The position numbers were made by a program, and so were the translations under genes. A stretch of 23,674 nucleotides of DNA from an uncultured candidate division Zixibacteria bacterium (GTDB taxonomy: Bacteria; Zixibacteria; MSB-5A5; UBA10806): contig CAWFQL010000022.1 of the NCBI GenBank assembly GCA_963817915.1, forward strand, positions 1 to 23,674. The letters are read 5' to 3'. The notes under the pieces were generated by a model. The model worked only from the letters and a program-made list of their open reading frames with translations, did not search any database and was not told the DNA's origin. Of the stretch, positions 1-8,567 are shown one piece after another. Position 1 is the first letter of the stretch. The number at the start of each line of letters is the position of its first letter.

Positions 1-1
1 T

Positions 2-761
2 CTGATAGTCGGAGAGACGACCGTTGATTCGGGGGCCACATTCGCGTTTGTTCAGATCTTCGCGGTCACCGACGACTCAGTAGCGTATTACAATTTTCCG
101 CTGCGTTGGACCGCGCCGGGCGGAGGAATCTATCCGGGCAGCGGCACCCTCTATTTTCCTCCCTTGACGGGCTGGGATGACACCTACGATTCTGTTCTCG
201 TCAGCCAGGGATTTATCCGTCAATTTGGATTTTACGATCTTGGCGGCGAAAACAATCCAACCCTATTTACAAATGGCCAGCGGTTAAACGCCTGGAATAT
301 TCGTTTCGTGATTTCCCCCGGCGCTCCATCGCAATTGGTTACTATCGATACGACCTGGGATCCTCGCAGCGGTTCTGTCATAGTTGGGCTAAAGGGTGGT
401 GACCGTGAATTTGCACCGGCTATAAAGGGCGGATTTTTGGGCGTAGGCGTGGGAGTGGACAAAGATATTTCGGGCCTGCCCAATGCTTTTGCGCTGAAGC
501 AAAACTATCCCAATCCCTTCAACCCCACGACCAGTATCGAGTTTACAATTCCCAATCAGGGTCATGTCTCGATCGCGATTTATGATGTCACGGGACGGGA
601 AATCCGTCGGTTGATAGATGGCATGCTCGAGTCGGGAATCCATCGGGTAATATGGGACGGCCTCAATAACGACGGCCAAGGATGTGTCATCGGGGATTTA
701 CTTGTATAGGCTTGTATCGGATGGTAATAGCGAGATGAGGAAGATGACCTTGCTAAGGTAA
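2..761 (+). CDS. 5'-truncated secreted protein, cohesin-like beta domain plus T9SS type A/FlgD-Ig CTD, with one frameshift near 680
   Basis: Frame of ORF 164..709 is open back to base 2 (LIVGETTVDSGATFAFVQIFAVTDDS...). CTD motif LKQNYPNPFNPTTSIEF is present. Removing one G near 680 restores the canonical tail GQDVSSGIYLYRLVSDGNSEMRKMTLLR and TAA at 759-761. Confidence 0.8.
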
Positions 762-779
762 TAAATAAGGAGATGGCCC

Positions 780-1588
780 ATGAGATCGTTGCTCTATGCG
801 CCAACCCTGTTTAGTGTTTATACAATGGTATATGCCCAGCAAGATCCCGATGACCCGGGAAATCAGGATAGCGTGATAATAGAGACTGTCACGATTAACG
901 AGGCGATGCGGTCAGTGCTTGTGATATCTATTTTGTGACTGATGAGGCTGTCATGTATGCCAATATACCGCTACTCTGGGTATCTGAGAACGACAGTATA
1001 TATCCCAGCGATGTGCTTTTTCCGGAGGGACAGAATTGGTATGATTCCATAATGTACGATCAACATCACATCAGGATTTTCGGCTTTTCCGATCTTAATG
1101 ATTCAATGGATACTCATGGAATTAGACAGCAGATGATGTCGATACAATTTCAGGTCATGAGCCAGCAATCTCAGGTAATCACGATTGATTCTACTTGGGA
1201 TGATCGCAATTACTCACTGAAGTTCGGGCTTCCCGATGGCGTCACCGAGTTTACGCCCGCGCTTGTTGCAGGCGGAATTATCTACGACCCATTGGGAACA
1301 GATAATAATTCCGGCCAAACGCCTGGCGTATTTTCTCTCTCCCAAAACTACCCCAACCCTTTCAACGCCCAAACCACGATTCGCTATTCGCTTCCCGAAA
1401 CCGGCCCGGTAACGCTTACCATCTACAACCTCCTCGGCCAGAAAGTAGCAACGCTGTTTGACGGTGTGCAGACAGCGGGGGAGCATAAGGTGGTATGGGA
1501 CGCGAATAAAATGAGTTCCGGGGAATATATTATGCGGCTTGCCCATAAAGACGAGTCCCAAGCAAAGGTTCTATTGATACAGAAATAG
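780..1588 (+). CDS. Secreted protein paralogous to the upstream gene (cohesin-like domain plus CTD), with frameshift(s) near 900-930
   Basis: AAGGAG RBS precedes ATG 780, giving MRSLLY...VYAQQDPDDPGNQDSVIIETV, which shifts into ORF 935..1588. Motifs VTD..V.Y.N.PL.W, TID.TWD.R and EF.PA..GG are shared with the first gene. CTD NYPNPFNAQTTIRY is present. Confidence 0.75.
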
Positions 1589-1602
1589 AGGAAAAGCCTA
1601 AT

Positions 1603-2856
1603 ATGCGGATTTTTTTAATTTTTCTAGTTTGGGCGCAAGCTTTGATATTTTTATCAAACTCGACAGAAGCGCAAACCTTTGTTGGCGAATGCGAGATTGA
1701 GGGCGCGACAAATATTGGTATGAATAAAAACCCCAATTTTGTCTTTATTTCTGTAGATAGGAATCGAATAGTAGCGGTCGACGTTTCAAACCCTGCAAAT
1801 CCTTTTGTGGCCGATTCGCTTCAATTTAATACTGGAGCCATCGATTATATATTTATTCGCGACAACTCTGCCTATTTGACAGGGATAGCTTCGGATGTAA
1901 ATATTGTTGACATTTCAGATCCTTATGACATGAGATTAATTACCGAATGGCAGCCCGATGGAAACCCCGACCATTGTACCTATGTAAGACACAACATCGC
2001 CTATGTAACTACTTGCTACAGAATGCTGGTTGTTGACGTTACAAATGAATATTATCCCGAAGTAATAAGAACATTTTCTCATTGCGGTGATGGATATGGA
2101 ATTTGCGCAGAAGAAGGCTATCTTTATATAGCGGACATGAATAACGGATTGCAGATTTTTGATATCACAGATGCGGCGGATCCAGTATTATTGTCGTCAA
2201 CTCCAATATGTCAATACGCAACATTTTACTCTTCAGCTTACAATCACCACATTTATTTACCTTCGGCCGATCGCGGTATAACGATAGTCGACGCCTCAGA
2301 TCCATTAAATCCAATAGTGGATATTATAGTTGGAAGCATCAATTACATTTCCAGTACCTATATATTAAATTACTATTTGTTTGTCGTCGGCGCAGGAGAT
2401 CACGAGTTCGAACCGCATGGTCTGTTTATTTATGATATATCGGTGCCGGACGATCCGATGCTTGTTGGATATTATGAGGGATGGTTCTCGGGGGTTTGGG
2501 CCACGGAAGGTTTTGTCTACTTGGTAAGCGGGGGATTAGTAATATTATCGTTTGACGCGACTTCGAATGACCGTGGTGAAGTCCTAATTCCGAATAATAC
2601 AACTGTTTTAACCTCCTACCCCAACCCCTTCAACGCTCAGACCACGATTCGCTACTCGCTACCAGAATCGGGGCCCGTATCGCTCACAATCTACAATATC
2701 CTCGGCCAGAAAGTAGCGACACTGCTTGATGGAGTGCAGGCCGCCGGAGAGCATAGAACAGTATGGGATGCTAATGGTCTACCATCGGGGATATACCTTT
2801 GCAGGCTGCATACAAACGGATATGCAAATTCCGAACAATTATTCCTTATGAAATAA
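1603..2856 (+). CDS. LVIVD-repeat beta-propeller protein with signal peptide and T9SS-type CTD
   Basis: Hydrophobic N-terminus ending TEA-Q, repeats VDVSNPANP / IVDISDP / IFDITDAADP / IYDISVPDDP, and C-terminal SYPNPFNAQTTIRY...FLMK. Confidence 0.9.
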   Translation: MRIFLIFLVWAQALIFLSNSTEAQTFVGECEIEGATNIGMNKNPNFVFISVDRNRIVAVDVSNPANPFVADSLQFNTGAIDYIFIRDNSAYLTGIASDVNIVDISDPYDMRLITEWQPDGNPDHCTYVRHNIAYVTTCYRMLVVDVTNEYYPEVIRTFSHCGDGYGICAEEGYLYIADMNNGLQIFDITDAADPVLLSSTPICQYATFYSSAYNHHIYLPSADRGITIVDASDPLNPIVDIIVGSINYISSTYILNYYLFVVGAGDHEFEPHGLFIYDISVPDDPMLVGYYEGWFSGVWATEGFVYLVSGGLVILSFDATSNDRGEVLIPNNTTVLTSYPNPFNAQTTIRYSLPESGPVSLTIYNILGQKVATLLDGVQAAGEHRTVWDANGLPSGIYLCRLHTNGYANSEQLFLMK

Positions 2857-2901
2857 CTCAACATATTCGGAGTTCATGCCTATTCTCCGATTAAGCAAGG
2901 C

Positions 2902-2932
2902 AGGGGCGCATAACACGCGCCCCTATTTTTTT
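2902..2932 (+). terminator. Rho-independent terminator
   Basis: AGGGGCGC-ataacac-GCGCCCCT followed by A and T7. Confidence 0.8.
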
Positions 2933-2934
2933 AG

Positions 2935-3095
2935 AACCTTCTATGCCAGAAAGTAGCAACATTGCTTGACGGTGTTCAAATAGCGGGGGGCACAGGGCGG
3001 TATGGGATGCCCAAAATCAGCCGTCGGGGGTATATTTTGCAAAGCTGAAATCGGCGCAGCGCAAATCGACAACCCATATGGTGCTGCTAAAGTAA
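2935..3095 (+). pseudogene. Orphan C-terminal part of a CTD, with no start codon in the CTD frame
   Basis: Translates NLLCQKVATLLDGVQIAG/HRAVWDAQNQPSGVYFAKLKSAQRKSTTHMVLLK* if one G is added in the G-run near 2985-2990. Confidence 0.85.
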
Positions 3096-3119
3096 TATTT
3101 GTATCATAACATTTTATAC

Positions 3120-3148
3120 TTGACAAGCCCGTCTATACTAATTATCTT
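3120..3148 (+). promoter_or_regulatory. sigma70-type promoter
   Basis: TTGACA (3120-3125), 17 bp spacer, TATCTT (3143-3148). Both boxes are conserved in the second copy. Confidence 0.75.
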
Positions 3149-3154
3149 AAGATT

Positions 3155-3389
3155 ATAAATTAATAATAGCGATAACGACAGCACTTGATTTAGCATCTTT
3201 TGGATCGCTTGGAATTTTATCTATGAGGATTCCATGCGCTGTCGATTTCAGGAAAATAGCTTTAACCCCAACTGGACTCGTGCCCCCCGCTAACTTCTTG
3301 GGGGGGGGGGCATATACGCGCTCCGCCCATAACGAACCTTCTTGGCTTGTGTGTTAACATTCTTCTCTAAATCTTTAAGGAGGTTCAAG
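3155..3389 (+). ncRNA. Putative structured 5' leader RNA, copy 1 (three-way junction, C6/G11 hairpin, anti-SD helix)
   Basis: Helices 3176-82/3238-44, 3187-93/3200-06, 3210-18/3226-34, 3280-88/3305-13 and 3334-43/3377-86. Differences from copy 2 preserve pairing. The 5' end is inferred from the promoter. Confidence 0.6.
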
Positions 3390-3827
3390 ATGTCTTCCAA
3401 TTCCATTCGTACTTTCAAAATCATTGCACTTCTGATCTTCGTCTTTAGTGCCCAGTTTGTCCTTGCCAATCCGGTCCAAACCATGAGATTATATGCCGCA
3501 GATGACAATGTTCAGGACACAATAATAGCTAGGAGCGGAGTTTTTGACCCCACCGATTCCTACATGACATGGGCAGATACAATTTACTGTGATAATACCT
3601 ACTCCTATTACACAGTCTATTTAGAATATCGCGGTACAAGTATCAGTCATAGCTACCAAATGTCAAGTCTTACGCCGGGGTTAACATATACCGCTGGCGG
3701 CGGTCCTACGTGGGTTGGTCCGAGTACCAGCCATGAATTGGTTATGAGGAAAGATTCAATAGGCAACAAGAATGATCTCAGAAATCTCAGGATGAGAGTC
3801 TACTACAATGCAGGTGGCGCGGATTAA
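3390..3827 (+). CDS. Small secreted protein of unknown function (145 aa)
   Basis: AAGGAGG RBS at 3377-83 and ATG 3390. Sec-type signal MSSNSIRTFKIIALLIFVFSAQFVLA. Shares motifs with 9062..9487. Confidence 0.85.
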   Translation: MSSNSIRTFKIIALLIFVFSAQFVLANPVQTMRLYAADDNVQDTIIARSGVFDPTDSYMTWADTIYCDNTYSYYTVYLEYRGTSISHSYQMSSLTPGLTYTAGGGPTWVGPSTSHELVMRKDSIGNKNDLRNLRMRVYYNAGGAD

Positions 3828-3854
3828 TTCCCAAAACGAATAGGGTCAAATATC

Positions 3855-3882
3855 AAGGTCCCCGATAGAATTCGGGGACCTT
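3855..3882 (+). other. Intergenic stem-loop without a U-tract
   Basis: AAGGTCCCCGA-tagaat-TCGGGGACCTT, a perfect 11 bp stem. Confidence 0.75.
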
Positions 3883-3923
3883 AGTTAGATAATTGAATAA
3901 AGTGAGAATAAGGAAGATAACCT

Positions 3924-6251
3924 ATGCAAAATACAAAAAATCTGTTTACGATTATTGCGTGTTTTATTGTGCTTATTTTCCATGCTTCACAGGTTCAAAG
4001 CGGTGAAAATGTATGGACGACTTCCGGCCCGGAAGGCGCAAGCGTTAAAACAATAGCAATAAATCCTATGGACAACAATGTTATTTATATAGGAACCATT
4101 CAAAACGGAATTTATAAAAGTATTAACGGGGGAGAAAACTGGACTCATTTAGAAATAAGTACAAATCTTCAATCTACTACAATGCGAAAGATCGTGGTTC
4201 ATCCCTTTGGGCCCGACACTATTTATGGGGCCACTGCCGGCGGAATATTTAAGAGTACTGATGCTGGATTATCATGGAATAATATTTCACCTCCGGGAAG
4301 AGAAAATCAGGAATACAGAGCCGTTGTCTTAGATCCATTACGGCCCTATATTATTATTACAGGGGGAGTCTGGGACCGCTGGAAATCAACAAATTCAGGG
4401 CAAAGCTGGACAGAATTTTCCATAGATCCGGAAGGTGGCATGGATCATGAAATCGACGGTTTAGCAATCAACCCTCAAAACCCTAATACTATGTTTCTTG
4501 TTACCCCTGATTCTCAATACGGGAGAGGAATTTATAAGAGTACGGATGAAGGCATTACCTGGTTTAGTACTCAAAATAATTGCGATAGCTCCGGCGTTGG
4601 CCGCGATGTTGAAATAGATCCAATCGACACTAACATTATTTATTTTGCACGAGATGACGGCTTTAGGGTATCTGGCGGGCGATTTCTATCAAAAACAACA
4701 GATAACGGGGTAACCTGGTTTGATATTTCTCCTAATGGCCTTAGTAAGTGGACGGTATTAGATATCTGTATTTCTCCAATAGATCACAATACTGTTTTTA
4801 TCGGCACCGAAACTGATGGGATATTTAAAAGCACTGATGGCGGACTTAATTGGTCTCCTCAAAATGATAGCTTGAGAGCATTAAGTGTATTCTCAATAGA
4901 AATTGCACCTTTGACAGGCACTGTTTTCTCCGGTTTTATTATGGATGGGATTTATAAGTCAGCCAATGGCGGTATTTTCTGGAGAAGAATCAGTCAGAAT
5001 ATTTTTGCGGCTGATTTAATGGATCTTGCGATTATGCCAGATTCAACTGGTGTATTTGCGGTCGGTCAAATTGGGTGTTATTTTTTGCCATCCGGAGGTG
5101 AATCATGGAGGTATATAAATACCGGAATTCCCCCTGGGAATAAACCGGGGTCAATAGAAATGGATGAACATGATCCGTCTGATATTTTTATTAATACTTT
5201 CTCGCCCATTTATCCTCCCCTGTCACCAAATGGTGTGTATCTATCCACCGATCGAGGTCTAACCTGGAGATTTTCAAACAACGGCCTTCCGGTAGACCAG
5301 GGCTATTTCGGTATAGGAATATCCTATCTTGATAATTCAAGGCAAATATACACTGGTACATTTTTTGAATTCGAGACAGCAGGCGTTTATTACTCTTATG
5401 ATATTGGGGAAACCTGGACAAAATGTCAAGGCGGATTGCCCAATCTCTCGCTTTACCCGATTATTGTTGCACCAAACAATTCCAATATCGTATTAACAGC
5501 TGATGGCGATAATAGAGTATATCTATCTACCGATAGAGGCAATACATGGCAGGAAACAACGCCCCTTCCCAGAATTGATTATGAATTTGTATTTGATATT
5601 AATATTGACCCTACAGATTATAATCATATTTTTGCTTCGTGCCATTATGGTGGACTATTTGAATCGCCCGATTTGGGCCAAAGTTGGGATAACATTAATA
5701 ATGATCTACCGCTTTATCCTTCAATTCCCAAAATATACGGCCCTGCAATAAATCCTTCTAATCCGCAAAATATGTTTGTTTTCTCAAATCATAATGGTGT
5801 GTTTCAAACTCACGATGGAGGAACCCATTGGGAATCTTTTAACAATGGTTTCGATATGAGCGCCAGCTCTGGCAATATATATTTTGCTCCGAATGATACA
5901 ACAAGTTTATATATTATTACGCCAAGCCGCTCCGTCTGGTCCATCCATCGCACATTGGACGGAGTTAATGATGATGACTCGACCTTGCCCTCCTCTCTTT
6001 CCCTTTCCTCCTACCCCAACCCCTTTAATGCGCAAACCACAATAAGCTATTCACTCGCCAAGTCCGGCCCGGTAACACTCACCATCTACAACATCCTCGG
6101 CCAGAAAGTAGCTGTACTATTTGACGGCGCGCAGACTGCGGGAGAGCATAGAACGGTATGGGATGCCCAAAATCAGCCGTCGGGAATTTATTTCTACAGG
6201 CTGAATTCCGCCCAATCCAGCAATTCCCGAACGATGCTGTTGCTCAAATAG
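3924..6251 (+). CDS. VPS10/BNR (Asp-box) repeat beta-propeller protein with signal peptide and T9SS-type CTD
   Basis: Many SxDxGxxW Asp-boxes (KSINGGENW, KSTDAGLSW, KSTDEGITW, STDRGLTW) and C-terminal SYPNPFNAQTTISY...MLLLK. Confidence 0.92.
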   Translation: MQNTKNLFTIIACFIVLIFHASQVQSGENVWTTSGPEGASVKTIAINPMDNNVIYIGTIQNGIYKSINGGENWTHLEISTNLQSTTMRKIVVHPFGPDTIYGATAGGIFKSTDAGLSWNNISPPGRENQEYRAVVLDPLRPYIIITGGVWDRWKSTNSGQSWTEFSIDPEGGMDHEIDGLAINPQNPNTMFLVTPDSQYGRGIYKSTDEGITWFSTQNNCDSSGVGRDVEIDPIDTNIIYFARDDGFRVSGGRFLSKTTDNGVTWFDISPNGLSKWTVLDICISPIDHNTVFIGTETDGIFKSTDGGLNWSPQNDSLRALSVFSIEIAPLTGTVFSGFIMDGIYKSANGGIFWRRISQNIFAADLMDLAIMPDSTGVFAVGQIGCYFLPSGGESWRYINTGIPPGNKPGSIEMDEHDPSDIFINTFSPIYPPLSPNGVYLSTDRGLTWRFSNNGLPVDQGYFGIGISYLDNSRQIYTGTFFEFETAGVYYSYDIGETWTKCQGGLPNLSLYPIIVAPNNSNIVLTADGDNRVYLSTDRGNTWQETTPLPRIDYEFVFDINIDPTDYNHIFASCHYGGLFESPDLGQSWDNINNDLPLYPSIPKIYGPAINPSNPQNMFVFSNHNGVFQTHDGGTHWESFNNGFDMSASSGNIYFAPNDTTSLYIITPSRSVWSIHRTLDGVNDDDSTLPSSLSLSSYPNPFNAQTTISYSLAKSGPVTLTIYNILGQKVAVLFDGAQTAGEHRTVWDAQNQPSGIYFYRLNSAQSSNSRTMLLLK
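6000..6149 (+). repeat. 150 bp exact direct repeat inside the CTD, partner 11616-11765
   Basis: tccctttcctcctaccccaac...gggagagcat reads identically in both propeller genes. Confidence 0.9.
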
Positions 6252-6421
6252 TAACACCATTAAGAGTATTATATATATCAACTTAGCCCTATCGTGCCGG
6301 GGCGAGGTTGCATTGCGGGTGATCGTCACTAATCAATTATAAAAAGATGGCGATATTATATTATAGATTTGTCCTTTTTTTATGTTTGGTAAAAATGAGA
6401 ATTTTATAGCGGAGGTTTGAA

Positions 6422-8524
6422 ATGAAATCGATTTATATGCTTTTTTTCCTGATTGCCGCGCTGGCAGTCGTAACTGTCGCAGAGGAAGTTAGATATGTTA
6501 ATTCGATTCTCTGGACACAGGCCGCCGATGTCGAGGTGGTCGACAATTACGCTTTCTGCGCCTTTTCCAAGGGGTTGGCCGTATTCGATATTACCGATCC
6601 CAACCCGCCAATCTGCCAGGCCAGGCTCCTTCTTGGGGGAGTGCCCCTTAGCATGGATATCGAGGGGAATTACGCCTACATAGGCGATCAATCTTATTTC
6701 CTCAGGATTATCGATATCACCGAGCCGCTCGCCCCCCAGATCGCCGGAACGTGCAGCACTCCCGGTTTAGCCTACGATATTCATATACGCGGTAATTACG
6801 CCTATATGGCCTGCGCCACCGAGGGTTTTCAGGTCGCTGATATCAGCAACCCAGACAATCCAGCGATTGTCGGCGGTGTTACCACATCGGGTAATGCCCA
6901 GGGCATTTTTGTTTACGGAGATTATGCCTTCATGGCTGATGATACGATGGGGTTGGAGATTTTCAATATCGTCAATCCCGCCCAGCCGGTTCTCATTAAC
7001 AGGGTGGATTCGCTCGGCACTGCTTACGACGTTTATGTCAGCGGCGGATATGCCTATGTCGCCAGCGAATACTCGGGACTATGGATTATCAATATAACCG
7101 ACCCCGAAAATGCAGTGATTGTTACGCGCGACTATTCCGCGGTCTATGCCAACGAAGTTCAGGTTACGGGGTCGTACGCCTATGTCGGCTCCAGGATTCA
7201 GGGGATGCAGATCATCGATATCACCGATCCTGCCAATCCCTTTTTGGCAGGTACATCCAGGACACCGTATTCGGTCAATGCCCTTTGTATCGACGGCTCT
7301 TACGCCTATATCAACGATGAATATCACGGACTGTATGTGGCCGATATCAGCAACCCCAACGATCCGGTTTTAATTGGAAGCTATAACACCAGCGGCAAGG
7401 TCAACGATGTTTGCCTGTCTGGTTCCTATGCTTATATAAGTACATATCTCTGGGGCATGCAAATTTATGATCTGGTGGATCCGGCCAATCCCAATTTACT
7501 GGGAAGTTACCCCTACGGCGGTATGGCTAACGCTATTGACGTCTCCGGTTCTTACGCTTATCTGGTAGCATCGAATTATGAATTGAAAATTCTCAGTGTC
7601 AGCGATCCCACTGACCCACAGCTAATCAGCGGTTATGGCGATCAATATTCCACCAATATCGATGTTGCCGGAAACTACGCCTATGTAGTAGGGCTTGAAT
7701 ACGGCCTGGATATTTTCGATATCTCAAACCCGCTCGGCCCATCCCGTGTCGGCAACTATAATCCGACTCCCGATATTTACGATGTCGCCGCTTCCGGTTC
7801 TTATGCCTATCTGGCAGAATGGGATACCGGCCTGGAAATTCTGGATATCAGCGATCCCGCAAACCCGATATCGGTGGGAATTTGCAATACCCCCGGTTAC
7901 GCTCAAAGCGTAGTTGTGGCCGGCTCCTATGCCTATGTCGCCGATAGCTACAGCGGCTTGAATATTATCGATATCAGCGATCCCGCCAATCCCATATCGG
8001 TAGGGCAAGTCGGCGTAATAGGAAGCGCTTATGATTTAACCGTTGTGGGCGATGTTGCCTATGTAGCGGAAATGACAAACGGTATTCGCGTTGTCGATAT
8101 CAGCAATCCTGCGGCGCCGACTCTGATCGCGTTTTATCCGACTACCGGTCTGCTTCCTGCGGTTGATGTTATGTTGCCATATATTTACATGGCCGATATG
8201 TATTCTTTGATGATATTCCATTTCGATCCCACGAGCGTTGACAACGAAGCCAACGCCCAACCGGAGGCGTTTACCCTTTCGTCATATCCCAACCCTTTCA
8301 ATGCTCAAACCACAATCAATTATACTTTGCGCGATGACGGTCCCGTCACGCTCTCTATCTATAATCTCCTCGGCCAGAAAGTGGCGACATTGTTCGACGG
8401 AGTGCAGACAGCCGGAGAGCATAGAACGGTATGGGATGCCAATGGTCTACCATCGGGGATATACCTTTGCAGGTTACATACAAATGGATATGCAAATTCC
8501 GAACAATTGTTTTTGATGAAATAA
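6422..8524 (+). CDS. Large LVIVD-repeat protein with signal peptide and T9SS-type CTD
   Basis: GGAGG RBS and about 13 regular ~42 aa repeats (V.V.GSYAYVA....GL.IIDISDPANP). The last 37 aa are identical to the 1603..2856 protein. Confidence 0.92.
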   Translation: MKSIYMLFFLIAALAVVTVAEEVRYVNSILWTQAADVEVVDNYAFCAFSKGLAVFDITDPNPPICQARLLLGGVPLSMDIEGNYAYIGDQSYFLRIIDITEPLAPQIAGTCSTPGLAYDIHIRGNYAYMACATEGFQVADISNPDNPAIVGGVTTSGNAQGIFVYGDYAFMADDTMGLEIFNIVNPAQPVLINRVDSLGTAYDVYVSGGYAYVASEYSGLWIINITDPENAVIVTRDYSAVYANEVQVTGSYAYVGSRIQGMQIIDITDPANPFLAGTSRTPYSVNALCIDGSYAYINDEYHGLYVADISNPNDPVLIGSYNTSGKVNDVCLSGSYAYISTYLWGMQIYDLVDPANPNLLGSYPYGGMANAIDVSGSYAYLVASNYELKILSVSDPTDPQLISGYGDQYSTNIDVAGNYAYVVGLEYGLDIFDISNPLGPSRVGNYNPTPDIYDVAASGSYAYLAEWDTGLEILDISDPANPISVGICNTPGYAQSVVVAGSYAYVADSYSGLNIIDISDPANPISVGQVGVIGSAYDLTVVGDVAYVAEMTNGIRVVDISNPAAPTLIAFYPTTGLLPAVDVMLPYIYMADMYSLMIFHFDPTSVDNEANAQPEAFTLSSYPNPFNAQTTINYTLRDDGPVTLSIYNLLGQKVATLFDGVQTAGEHRTVWDANGLPSGIYLCRLHTNGYANSEQLFLMK

Positions 8525-8567
8525 CTGATCTTATTCGGAGTTCATTCCAGTTCTCCAATTTAATAAG

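Larger units (their letters stand above)
2701..3332 (+). repeat. Copy 1 of a ~630 bp direct repeat (CTD 3' end, terminator, orphan CTD, promoter, leader)
   Basis: Aligns by eye with 8369-9003 at an offset of ~5670, with long identical runs. Confidence 0.95.

Noticed and set aside
3342..3389. ORF-track starts at 3342 (TTG) and 9056 (TTG)
   Set aside because: Strong RBS sequences and signal-peptide spacing favour ATG 3390 and ATG 9062.
6495..8260. CRISPR-like or non-coding tandem repeats (recurring gatatc...gatcc motifs) and overlapping short ORFs
   Set aside because: These are the degenerate coding repeats of the LVIVD protein, and the alternative-frame ORFs are shadows.
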